From the NCBI GenBank assembly GCA_965205675.1, contig OZ242186.1, positions 1,888,001-1,952,000 on the forward strand: DNA of 64,000 nt, given 5' to 3'. Below the pieces are notes generated by a model that saw nothing but the letters and a program-made list of their open reading frames with translations, was not told the origin of the DNA and did no database searches. Position numbers and translations under genes: made by a program. Every line of letters begins with the position of its first letter. Position 1 is the stretch's first letter. Below, piece by piece: positions 9,144-17,638 of this stretch. This DNA comes from Nitrosopumilus sp. GTDB taxonomy: Archaea; Thermoproteota; Nitrososphaeria; Nitrososphaerales; Nitrosopumilaceae.

Positions 9144-10169
9144 TACCTCGGAGCATAATTCTTTGCAATTTTTCAAAACAAATAGCAATACTTTTTGATC
9201 AGTAGTTAGAAATAATTTCATGGACATCACAAATGACGAGTTACTCCAGGCCTACAAAAAAGAAAAGTACGGTAAGAAAAAGGAAAGACTGCATGCAATG
9301 TGTATTATTAAAATCAACGAATCCACAATTGCTGAAACTGCCAACCAAATGTTTTGTACCTACAATTCTGTAAGAAACTGGCTTGATTCATTTGAAAAAT
9401 ACGGACTAGAGGGCCTGGAGGACCTCCCTCGTTCTGGCCGTCCGCCATTAATCTGATACAATTCATATTTTACAGAACACGCATTACATATCATATCACT
9501 CACGTGCGTCGTTTGATGCATAAATGGAATCTAAAACCAAAGGTTCCACAAAAACTACATGTACGTGCCGCATCCAAGGATGTATGTCGCAAGTGGAAAA
9601 ACCGCATCATTTCACGCATAGAAAAGGCAAAAAAGAAAGGTTTTACAGTATTTATCCAAGACGAATCAGTATTTGTAGACGATGTACGTCTTGGCAAAAA
9701 ATACTGGACAGATGCACACCAAAGATTAATTGTGCATTGGAGAGGATCACATCAAAGATTTTTGGTTTATGGAATGATGACTGATGATAATCAAAGTTTT
9801 TTTAGATCGTATGAAAAATTTAATTCAATTGCATTTATAGATTATTTGGAAGCAGCTCGTAGAAAATTTGGAAAAATATTTGTTATCGTCGATAGAGCAC
9901 CGCAACACAAAGCTAATGATGTAAAAAAATATCTGCACAAAAACAAAGATGTCAAACTGGCATATCTTCCAAGAGGTTCTCCACATTTGAGTATGATTGA
10001 AGAGATTTGGAGGCAGTGCAAACATGTTAATGTTGAATCAGAATTTTATGAATCTATTCATGAAATGAGGCATACAGTTATGGAATATTTTAGAACCCAT
10101 AAATTTAATTTGAATATGTATCAGTATTTTGCAAGAACAGTAAATTGAAAAGACTTATGATCTGGGGTA
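9144..10169 (+). mobile_element. IS630-family insertion sequence
   Basis: Imperfect TIRs of about 28 bp (TACCTCGGAGCATAATTCTTTGCAATTT versus reverse complement TACCCCAGATCATAAGTCTTTTCAATTT), flanked by TA on both sides. Confidence 0.88.
9220..10148 (+). pseudogene. IS630 transposase split into two frames (HTH 9220-9456; DDE 9504-10148)
   Basis: GLEGLEDLPRSGRPP HTH end; FIQDES, VDRAPQH, SPHLSMIEEIW DDE triad; junction looks like an internal deletion with no slippery site seen. Confidence 0.85.
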
Positions 10170-10257
10170 TAAGGATCTTATCATGTTTTGTTCATTGTAA
10201 TGTCAAAACAAATGAAAATCCCTAGGCAAGATTCTATCGGAATCATTTCTTATTGGT

Positions 10258-11202
10258 ATGTTACATTTGGTGGGAATGTTGTCTTTGTATGAGGAGATAC
10301 TGAAACCCGGTAGACCGTACGTATACTCTACAATTCTGATGGTACAGCTGTTCATCATAAAGTCATGGATGAGAATTCCAAGCAACAATACATTACATTA
10401 TTTCCTTTCGACTAAAGGTACCAATGATAAATTGCTCAAGGTTTGCAGACTAACTCAAATTCCAAACAGAAGAACCATCGACAGGAGATTCCAAGTTCTG
10501 CCAATTGGTGATATAATCAGTAATATGGGAAGTCTGTTTGTATCAGAGAAACTAGTCGATGACATATCTGCATCAGTGGATAGTTCCATGCTAAAAGCAG
10601 ATGGTCCAGTATGGCACAAGTCAGATATGAAAAAGAATAGAATTCCAATCTCAGGAATTGACACAGATGCAAAATGGGGTTTTTCAAAATCAAAGGGTTG
10701 GGTATTTGGGTACAAACTGCATATGAGTTGTAGTACTGGCAAACTGGTTGTTCCACTATCTGCTGATGTCTCAACTGCAAATGTTTCTGATGGTAAAATG
10801 TATTATACAATAGTTGAATCGCTTTCAGGACTGGTTGAGAATATTTTATGTGATCCAGCATATGATGATAAATCATTATATCAGTTTAGTGATGAGAGAC
10901 ATTTGAGATTGATTTGTCCTATCAAAATATATCCATCAACACCACCAGAGCGAATCAAACTTGCAGATTTTTATAATTCTGTACAAGGTCAAGAGTTATA
11001 CTCACAAAGAAAAGTTTCAATTGAACCTTTATTTGAAATATTCAAAGATACGTTCAACATTAGAACTGTACATGTGAAAGGATTTGACAACGTGAAATCA
11101 TTTGTATTGGTTTGCGTGTTGGTGTATCAACTTGCAGTATATTACAATTGCATAACAAAAACAGAGAATCCAAGAATTGTGAAGAGAATGCTGTGTTGCT
11201 AG
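10258..11202 (+). CDS. DDE transposase (DDE_Tnp_1; IS5/IS982-like)
   Basis: GRP, SVDSS, DAKWG...GYKLH, TANVSD, CDPAYD, YSQRKVSIEPLF; upstream out-of-frame ATG at 10200 hints at a 5' frameshift. Confidence 0.88.
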   Translation: MLHLVGMLSLYEEILKPGRPYVYSTILMVQLFIIKSWMRIPSNNTLHYFLSTKGTNDKLLKVCRLTQIPNRRTIDRRFQVLPIGDIISNMGSLFVSEKLVDDISASVDSSMLKADGPVWHKSDMKKNRIPISGIDTDAKWGFSKSKGWVFGYKLHMSCSTGKLVVPLSADVSTANVSDGKMYYTIVESLSGLVENILCDPAYDDKSLYQFSDERHLRLICPIKIYPSTPPERIKLADFYNSVQGQELYSQRKVSIEPLFEIFKDTFNIRTVHVKGFDNVKSFVLVCVLVYQLAVYYNCITKTENPRIVKRMLCC

Positions 11203-11411
11203 AGCGATATTGGAAATTATTTTTGTAATTGATTATGCCCATGTCTCATATACTCAATAACAAAAATTCGTCACCCTATTTTGAACTCGATTTACGTACA
11301 TTGTAGATTCAAGTTTAAATTTCAGGAATTAGCATAATTTGAAAGATTTTGGGTCATGAATATTTGTTAGACAGTATAGAATTATAATTAACACAATATC
11401 ATTATAGATAA

Positions 11412-11792
11412 ATGGAGATATCTATCGAACCATGGAAAAAATTGATTATTCATGAGGTAATAGAGTACAAGTTTGAAGATTGGGTCATGCAAATTGCTTT
11501 TAGTACACGATCATCAGGAGGAGGAATTCCAACTATGCAATGGACTAATGGAATTGTTTTCTCACCAGCAAATTTTCCTACAACTAATTCTACAGTAGAA
11601 GAGCAATTGAAAGGTGTACTACATTGGTCATCAGTATCATTTGCAATTAAGGAGAAATTTGAAAAACAGATAGTCAAAGAAAATGCTACAATAAACTTAG
11701 TTGATGTTAGTGTAAATGAAATTTTCAAAGAGTTAGCTACCAGTTTAAGATCACAATCAAAATATACAGATTCAAAATCTGATAAATTCTAA
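11412..11792 (+). CDS. Hypothetical protein
   Basis: 126-aa ORF with host-like composition, coupled to the next ORF. Confidence 0.75.
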   Translation: MEISIEPWKKLIIHEVIEYKFEDWVMQIAFSTRSSGGGIPTMQWTNGIVFSPANFPTTNSTVEEQLKGVLHWSSVSFAIKEKFEKQIVKENATINLVDVSVNEIFKELATSLRSQSKYTDSKSDKF

Positions 11793-12469
11793 TGGATATT
11801 GAAGAAACAATAAAAAAATGTGAGATTTCTTTAAAACAAATTAAACAATATGATCCCGATCCATTTTATGTAAATCACTTTTTTAATGAATACATTAATT
11901 TACGAAATAATATAATTGTAGAAATTTTTGAGGAGGCAAATAGAGATTTTGGATTATTTTTATCAGAAAAGATTACTGAAAAAAACTTTTATGAGAAAGC
12001 AAAATTAAAGAATGATGAAAATGCTATAAAATTTTCAGAATGGTTTACAGTAAAATATAGTGAAGAGCATAAAAATCCATATCCAAATTTTATCAATTAC
12101 ATATGTAATTTTAGAAAAAAATTTGACAGATTACCTGAAATTAAAATTATGATTAGAGCTGTAGATAGATACAGAGAGGATTTTAATCAACAAATTAAAA
12201 TCGATTTAAGTCAAAAGAAATTACGATCTAAAGAAGAATTAAAAATTGAAATAAAAAGACAGTTACCAATATTTTTAGAAATTATCAATCATAAGAGACA
12301 TGAAAAAAATGAGCCAAGAGTTAATGGAAATCAAATTACAGCATCAGCATTTTTGGATAGTAAAAACGATAAAAATATGGAAATTGTTTATGCAGCAGAA
12401 ATTTACATTCCAGTAATGAAACGGTTAGTGGAGGAATCAAGAGAAAAAATTAAAGAGTTAACCAGATAG
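11792..12469 (+). CDS. Hypothetical protein
   Basis: 225-aa ORF; TAATG stop/start overlap with the previous gene. Confidence 0.75.
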   Translation: MDIEETIKKCEISLKQIKQYDPDPFYVNHFFNEYINLRNNIIVEIFEEANRDFGLFLSEKITEKNFYEKAKLKNDENAIKFSEWFTVKYSEEHKNPYPNFINYICNFRKKFDRLPEIKIMIRAVDRYREDFNQQIKIDLSQKKLRSKEELKIEIKRQLPIFLEIINHKRHEKNEPRVNGNQITASAFLDSKNDKNMEIVYAAEIYIPVMKRLVEESREKIKELTR

Positions 12470-12490
12470 TTTTCTCTCATTGTAAAAAAT

Positions 12491-12904
12491 TTATGATGAT
12501 TTTGGCCACATGGAGGCCCAAGTTTCAGCAAATTTTTTCATCATTTCGCCATAGACATTCATTTGTTCTAATCCAGATGAGCTAAGAGATTTTTGCCAAT
12601 TTTCAGTGAATTGCTTGAAAGCAGATGTGTTAGTATCATTGAGAGCTTTTTGCCAATTTTCGCCAAATTCTTTAAAAGAATTCATACCAACATCATTGAG
12701 AGCTTTTTGCCAATTTTCGCCAAACAATTTCATGGTTTCTACACTTGATTCAACATTTGCTTTATCCCAAACATCATTGAATTTTGATTGCATGTCTTTA
12801 CTTGCATTCTGAATTTGTTCAAAAAGAGATTTCCAGGTTTCAAGAGATTTTGTATATTCCTGCCACAATGAATCCCATTCATTATTTTTTGGTTGATCTG
12901 ACAT
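12491..12904 (-). CDS. Trp-periodic amphipathic helical repeat protein (phasin- or apolipoprotein-like?)
   Basis: Three 19-aa repeats of F(G/T)ENWQK(A/S)L; paralog of 6041-6511. Confidence 0.75.
   Translation of the reverse strand: MSDQPKNNEWDSLWQEYTKSLETWKSLFEQIQNASKDMQSKFNDVWDKANVESSVETMKLFGENWQKALNDVGMNSFKEFGENWQKALNDTNTSAFKQFTENWQKSLSSSGLEQMNVYGEMMKKFAETWASMWPKSS
12591..12724. repeat. Intragenic tandem repeat with 57-bp period
   Basis: ATCATTGAGAGCTTTTTGCCAATTTTCGCCAAA is identical at 12635-12667 and 12692-12724; partial third copy at 12591. Confidence 0.9.
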
Positions 12905-12958
12905 TAACTAAAGATAGTTGTCATTATTCTTAAGTACATCTATGAACAAAAAATAAAG

Positions 12959-13447
12959 TTATTTTTGACGATTTTTTAATCTGTTATCCATTCGAATTTT
13001 ACCTTCTTTGAATTTTATTCGATCATCATCTGTTTTTAGAGCTAATTTAGGAGCAGGTGTGGGTTTTCCATTTTCATCAAGAGTTATAAATGTCACAAAG
13101 GCGGTTCCAGTAACAGTTTTAATCCCAGTTACAATATCTTCAGCTTCTACTTTTACCTCTATCTCCATTGATGAATTATGAACATAATTTATTCTAGCAT
13201 TTAATGAAAGAACATTTCCAACAAAAACAGGTTTTAAAAAATTTACACTATCCATAGAAACAGTAACTGCATTAGATTGACAATGACGCTGAGCAACAAT
13301 TCCTGCCACCATATCAATATGTTTTAAAATTTCACCTCCAAATACATTACCTGCAGGATTTGCATCTGAAGGAAACATTCTAACAATTACTTTAGCGTGA
13401 GATTCAGAAGGACTTTTTTTTCGCATAGTGGGATTTTCTGATGACAT
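12959..13447 (-). CDS. Acyl-CoA thioesterase (hotdog fold)
   Basis: FPSDANPAGNVFGG.IL..ID, VTVSMDSVNFLKPV.VG, SSMEI. Confidence 0.9.
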   Translation of the reverse strand: MSSENPTMRKKSPSESHAKVIVRMFPSDANPAGNVFGGEILKHIDMVAGIVAQRHCQSNAVTVSMDSVNFLKPVFVGNVLSLNARINYVHNSSMEIEVKVEAEDIVTGIKTVTGTAFVTFITLDENGKPTPAPKLALKTDDDRIKFKEGKIRMDNRLKNRQK

Positions 13448-13504
13448 TTGTTATCTAATAATGGTTCTTAATTTATCCAATTTAATTTAATCAGTTGACT
13501 CAGG

Positions 13505-14842
13505 TTATTTGAAATATTTCTCTAGTTTAATTTTGTCAACTTTTGGGATTTTGGCTAATTCAAATCCTTCTGGACGTTTAGATAGAGACCGAGTTGCATC
13601 AATGCCCATTTTAGCAGTCTGTAATTTTTGTTGATTGCTTGAAGGATCCAAGCTAGAACCACGAATGTTTTTGAGAATAACTAGATCTTTGTCAGCTTGG
13701 AATCTTGTAGCCATAGCATATTCTACAGATTCTGCACTATTAGGATCAATATCTTCATCAACTACTGTAACTTGTTTTAATGAACGATGAGATTCGAATG
13801 TTTTTTTAATTATTTTTTTAGGATCTGAATCATTTTTCTTTTTAATTTGTACTACGGCATGTAACCAATTACAACCACCATTAGTCATTGAAACTTGTTT
13901 GGTTTGAGAAAAGGATTTTTTTAATTCTCCATTTAATTTAGATTCAACAGGCATTCCCATCAACAGTCTATGTTCTGAATATCCAGATAACACATCATGG
14001 AAAATAGGATTATTTCTGAAATAGAGATTTTCAAGCTCAAAGACAGGTTGAGATCTTTTATGATCATATGTCTGAAGCATCTCAACCATCCATTCAGGGT
14101 GGGTTTTGTCACGGAGAATTTTTCCCTCCATTACAATTTCTGCTCCGGATGGTACATTCAAACCAGAAAATGGTAATTTTGCCAAAGTTAGTTTTCCACC
14201 AAGAAGAGAATTTGCAATATCAATCTCATCTTTTCCCCAATCAGCTTGATATGCACCAGCAATCGATACTGCAGGATGAACACCTATAGTAATAGCAATT
14301 TTCAGATCTTCATCATGATCTTTTGCATCCATAAAACATCGATGGAGATGTCGTCCTTCAACCATTCTTATGGAAAAATGAGTTTTGTCAATTGGCATCA
14401 ATCTATGAAAAGAAGAATTTTGTTTTCCAGTTTCAGGATTTTTTGCATATGCAATAGAAGATGTGATAAAGGGACCAGATTCTTTTTCAAAATGAGTTAC
14501 TATAGGCATAGAAAGTAGGTTTTTTGATTTATTTTCCATGAATTTTCCAGAAGCAATAACTTTGGGTTTCTTGGCTTTTTTAATTGCGGAAATTATTTTT
14601 TTGTGAATATTAGATTCTGATCCACCAACTGCCATATCAAAACGTTTTCGAGTTCCAACTAAATTGGAGATTAATCTGAAATGACTTTCTTTAATTTTTT
14701 CAAATAATACAGCATGAGAACCATCAACTTTGGCGGTGATTCCAGCAATTTCATATTTTGTAGAGACAGACGATTTTATAGTTTTAAGTGCATTTGTTTT
14801 TTTGATTTGGGAAATGTAATTTCTTAAATCACTCATTCTCAA
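13505..14842 (-). CDS. ubiD: UbiD-family prFMN-dependent decarboxylase
   Basis: NSSFHRL, AEIVMEG, VVDEDIDP, A.ATRFQADKD, SSLDPS, KMGIDAT. Confidence 0.9.
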   Translation of the reverse strand: MRMSDLRNYISQIKKTNALKTIKSSVSTKYEIAGITAKVDGSHAVLFEKIKESHFRLISNLVGTRKRFDMAVGGSESNIHKKIISAIKKAKKPKVIASGKFMENKSKNLLSMPIVTHFEKESGPFITSSIAYAKNPETGKQNSSFHRLMPIDKTHFSIRMVEGRHLHRCFMDAKDHDEDLKIAITIGVHPAVSIAGAYQADWGKDEIDIANSLLGGKLTLAKLPFSGLNVPSGAEIVMEGKILRDKTHPEWMVEMLQTYDHKRSQPVFELENLYFRNNPIFHDVLSGYSEHRLLMGMPVESKLNGELKKSFSQTKQVSMTNGGCNWLHAVVQIKKKNDSDPKKIIKKTFESHRSLKQVTVVDEDIDPNSAESVEYAMATRFQADKDLVILKNIRGSSLDPSSNQQKLQTAKMGIDATRSLSKRPEGFELAKIPKVDKIKLEKYFK

Positions 14843-15173
14843 TCATCTCCATAATCTCAGACATTAAGGCTTTTGCAGTATCAGACTCTAATGGTTTTTG
14901 AATAAAAGTAGAAACTAAAGCAATTCCTCTCATACGAGTACTAATTCGTTCAGAAATAAGTTTCAGAAAAAGAGATTCAGATCGAGAAGGAATAACAGTG
15001 GTGGTAATAGGAGTAGGTCCCGTAGCCAATGATACTACCATAGAACCTAACTTGTTAGAACCTTCAGTGACTGAAACAAAATAACCATTTTCAAATTTTT
15101 GGATTTGCAAAGAAAAACTACGACTCTCCAAATTTACCATTTTCTGGAAAAATCCATTTGGAGAGGTCAACAA
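14829..15173 (-). CDS. Hypothetical protein, possibly proteasome assembly chaperone (PAC3/PAC4)-like
   Basis: beta-beta-LGS.VVSL...TTTVI...helix(L.SERIS.R)-ALVS pattern recalls PAC4; family call is inference. Confidence 0.5.
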   Translation of the reverse strand: MLTSPNGFFQKMVNLESRSFSLQIQKFENGYFVSVTEGSNKLGSMVVSLATGPTPITTTVIPSRSESLFLKLISERISTRMRGIALVSTFIQKPLESDTAKALMSEIMEMIENE

Positions 15174-15187
15174 GCTATGAACAAATC

Positions 15188-15643
15188 TTATGCTTTTATT
15201 GCTATTGATTCATTTTTCTGGGAAGTTGTGACTTTAGAGTTCTTCTTGCAATTCTTCTCATGTTTATCTGGATAAACAAAGAGTTTTTCACAGTGTTTGC
15301 AGGGAGTTTTCTCTTTAGATTTTTTTACAGCTTTGAATTTAGCAGTTTTAGATTTAGCTTTAGATTTGGATTTTGCTTTAACAGGTAAATCTTGAACTCC
15401 TGATTCAATTTCAGTAGCTGCTGCAGCTTCCATAGAATCGGCTTCAACTCTAGCACGTAGTTTTGCTTTGTATTTCAAATTACGTGGTTTTGTTCTTAAT
15501 CTATATCCACAACATGGACACCAAAGTCCTTCCCATTTGATGAATATTTCACAAATTTGGCATCGACGTTGTCCAGAAGCATATCTTCCAGTGCCAACAG
15601 GCTTTTGAGCCTTATATCTAACACAAATTCCTTTACAAGTCAT
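15188..15643 (-). CDS. Cys-rich zinc-finger protein with Lys-rich linker and a second C-terminal C2HC finger
   Basis: CKGIC, CQIC, CPCC; KAKSKSKAKSK; CKHC...H...C. Confidence 0.8.
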   Translation of the reverse strand: MTCKGICVRYKAQKPVGTGRYASGQRRCQICEIFIKWEGLWCPCCGYRLRTKPRNLKYKAKLRARVEADSMEAAAATEIESGVQDLPVKAKSKSKAKSKTAKFKAVKKSKEKTPCKHCEKLFVYPDKHEKNCKKNSKVTTSQKNESIAIKA

Positions 15644-15934
15644 CTTGGTAGTATAATATAGAATTCATAACTATATAAGCATGGATCGATAAAATCTATA
15701 AAAAATCATAATAAAACTTGGAATAATTTCATATTTTAGCTCGATCAAAATTATTATTTTCAAATAAAACCTTAAAATCTTCAATAAATATGTATAGCTA
15801 ATTCTAAATTCGTATTTTTTGAAAAAAAAATATGTAGCAATATAGTTGTTTACAACTCATCCTAAAACAGATCATTTAGTAAATTATTGGTGTGATAATA
15901 CAGATCTAAAAAATAACCTTCAACAAATTATTTC

Positions 15935-16270
15935 ATGATTCACAAAGAAATGACTGATTCCCAATGAAACACAATCGTAAAACATTTACCAAAACCAGCT
16001 AAAACAGGAACACCCACCCAAGATGCAATGATAGAAGCACAATCAATGGGATTTTATTTGTTTTATCTGTTGGATGACGGCAAGAGAAGGGAATTTAGAA
16101 AAAGATTCTATCTGAGCTAATCAAAACAGCTCATAAAGCAAACAAGATTAATCTCCAAAAAATATCAGTTGATTCATCGTCAATTCCCAACAAAAAAGGA
16201 CAGCATAACAGGATATGATAGATTCACAAGAATCACAGATGCAAAAATACATGTTGCAGTGGTAATTCCA
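15935..16270 (+). pseudogene. Degenerate IS5-family transposase
   Basis: Across frames: MIHKEMTDSQ*NTIVKHLPKPAKTG / PRCNDRSTINGILFVLSVG* / DSSSIPNKKG / TGYDRFTRITDAKIHVAV, i.e. IS5 N-terminal and DDE motifs with stops and frameshifts. Confidence 0.8.
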
Positions 16271-16326
16271 ATACGTCAGTTTTGTAAGGGATCGATAATT
16301 GATAAAATGAAATATGAGATTTAGGT

Positions 16327-16662
16327 TTATGCCTTCAAAACAGTTGACACTACATATTTGACTGCTTCATCAAAATTTGCATCAATATTTAACTGGATTT
16401 TAGCCAATTTTGCGTCACCCTCTTGAGCAATTTTTGCAGATTCAGCAGTTGCTGTATCTTTTGAAGCATTGATAATGACTTCAGCCTCTTTGGTGGCCAT
16501 TTCACGGGTTTTTTCTAGTAAATTATCAATTTCAGTTATAGCTTTTACAGATAGTTGTTTTTTGATATCTCCAACTTTACTGTTTAGAGAATCGAGATCA
16601 TCTTCTAAGACATTCAAAGATTTGATAATTCCCGAAACTTTGGACTCAGCCATACTACTCAT
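16327..16662 (-). CDS. Coiled-coil protein resembling A/V-type ATP synthase subunit H/G
   Basis: II..L..LE N-terminus, long Ala/Glu/Lys helix, NFDEAV..V...VL C-terminus. Confidence 0.55.
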   Translation of the reverse strand: MSSMAESKVSGIIKSLNVLEDDLDSLNSKVGDIKKQLSVKAITEIDNLLEKTREMATKEAEVIINASKDTATAESAKIAQEGDAKLAKIQLNIDANFDEAVKYVVSTVLKA

Positions 16663-16734
16663 TATGCTTTGAAATCAGATAATCCATTACTTAAATCATT
16701 CATTTTTAGGCACAAAGATAGAGATATTGTGAGA

Positions 16735-17076
16735 CTATCCAGTTGCTAAAAGTAGGATAGCTCGGGCAATCTCACCTTCAGCTTCCTCTAGAGCACTTTT
16801 TGCTTTTTCCTGATCTACTCCAGCTTTTTGGCTAACAAGTTGAATATCTTCTTCTGAGAAAATAGGAACTTCCAATTCCCTTTCTTCATAACTATCAGCA
16901 GTCACAGTAAAAACAGAATTATCTTTTGCTTTCATTTCTGTAACAGAAGGTTTTGAAATAATGATTTCTTTTTTATCGGTTTTAATTATGACTTCTTGAA
17001 CGTTGGATAATTCATTCATATCCAAACCCATCTTATCCATCATTCTTCGCATTTCACGGTTTCCTCCTCGCATCAT
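16735..17076 (-). CDS. nac: Nascent polypeptide-associated complex protein
   Basis: MRRMMDKMG, EVIIKT, EEDIQLV..KAGV..EKA..AL....G.IA.AI UBA domain. Confidence 0.93.
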   Translation of the reverse strand: MMRGGNREMRRMMDKMGLDMNELSNVQEVIIKTDKKEIIISKPSVTEMKAKDNSVFTVTADSYEERELEVPIFSEEDIQLVSQKAGVDQEKAKSALEEAEGEIARAILLLATG

Positions 17077-17546
17077 GAACTTATTTCACCATTACGACTT
17101 TTTAAACTATCTCTGACCTTTATGGCTACGCCTCTATCAAAATCTAAAATCATCTCAGAAGATAAAATTGCTCGACCTACTGCAATTACTCGATTTTTGA
17201 ACAAGATAGGGGTATCTGCAGATATTTTAACATTTTTCCCACATGTAATGACATGCTTACAAAAGACGGATCTGCCCTGTTCAACAAATGGAGCAGCATC
17301 AGAATTTATCTCAACACAATTTTCTTTAAATTTTTTATTTTTCAATAACATCTGAGCAAAATGAGTACTAATTGCTAGACTGCCATCAATTCTTAATGTA
17401 CATAGTAATTTCCCATTATGTGAAACTGTTCGTATTCTACCAGTTTTTCGTGAAAAGACGATTTCAAGATCTTTTGGTAGAAGCTTAGATATACCATTTC
17501 CAAATAATGCATCAAGTGAATATTGAAGTTTGAGTAGGTGATCCAA
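17073..17546 (-). CDS. PUA-domain RNA-binding protein (archaeosine TGT C-terminal-like)
   Basis: SRKTGRIRTV, PFV..GRSVFCKHV, AVGRA.LS, G.A.KVR. Confidence 0.82.
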   Translation of the reverse strand: MDHLLKLQYSLDALFGNGISKLLPKDLEIVFSRKTGRIRTVSHNGKLLCTLRIDGSLAISTHFAQMLLKNKKFKENCVEINSDAAPFVEQGRSVFCKHVITCGKNVKISADTPILFKNRVIAVGRAILSSEMILDFDRGVAIKVRDSLKSRNGEISS

Positions 17547-17638
17547 TACTTATAGTAAAAAATTTTCTAAATATTAGTTCAATGCTACCATATATTATGA
17601 AGATTAAACTATATAGAATGGAATTTTCCCTTTAGATT

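Larger units (their letters stand above)
9078..11247 (+). mobile_element. Insertion sequence (DDE_Tnp_1 type, IS5/IS982-like) interrupted by an IS630
   Basis: Perfect 15-bp TIR GAGACATGGGCATAA (9078-9092) / TTATGCCCATGTCTC (11233-11247); 8-bp direct repeat ATATACTC at 9070-9077 and 11248-11255. Confidence 0.9.

Noticed and set aside
12591-12724. Direct repeats as a mini-CRISPR array
   Set aside because: In-frame 57-bp period inside a CDS, with no cas genes or leader; the same applies to the dnaK repeat, which has no spacers
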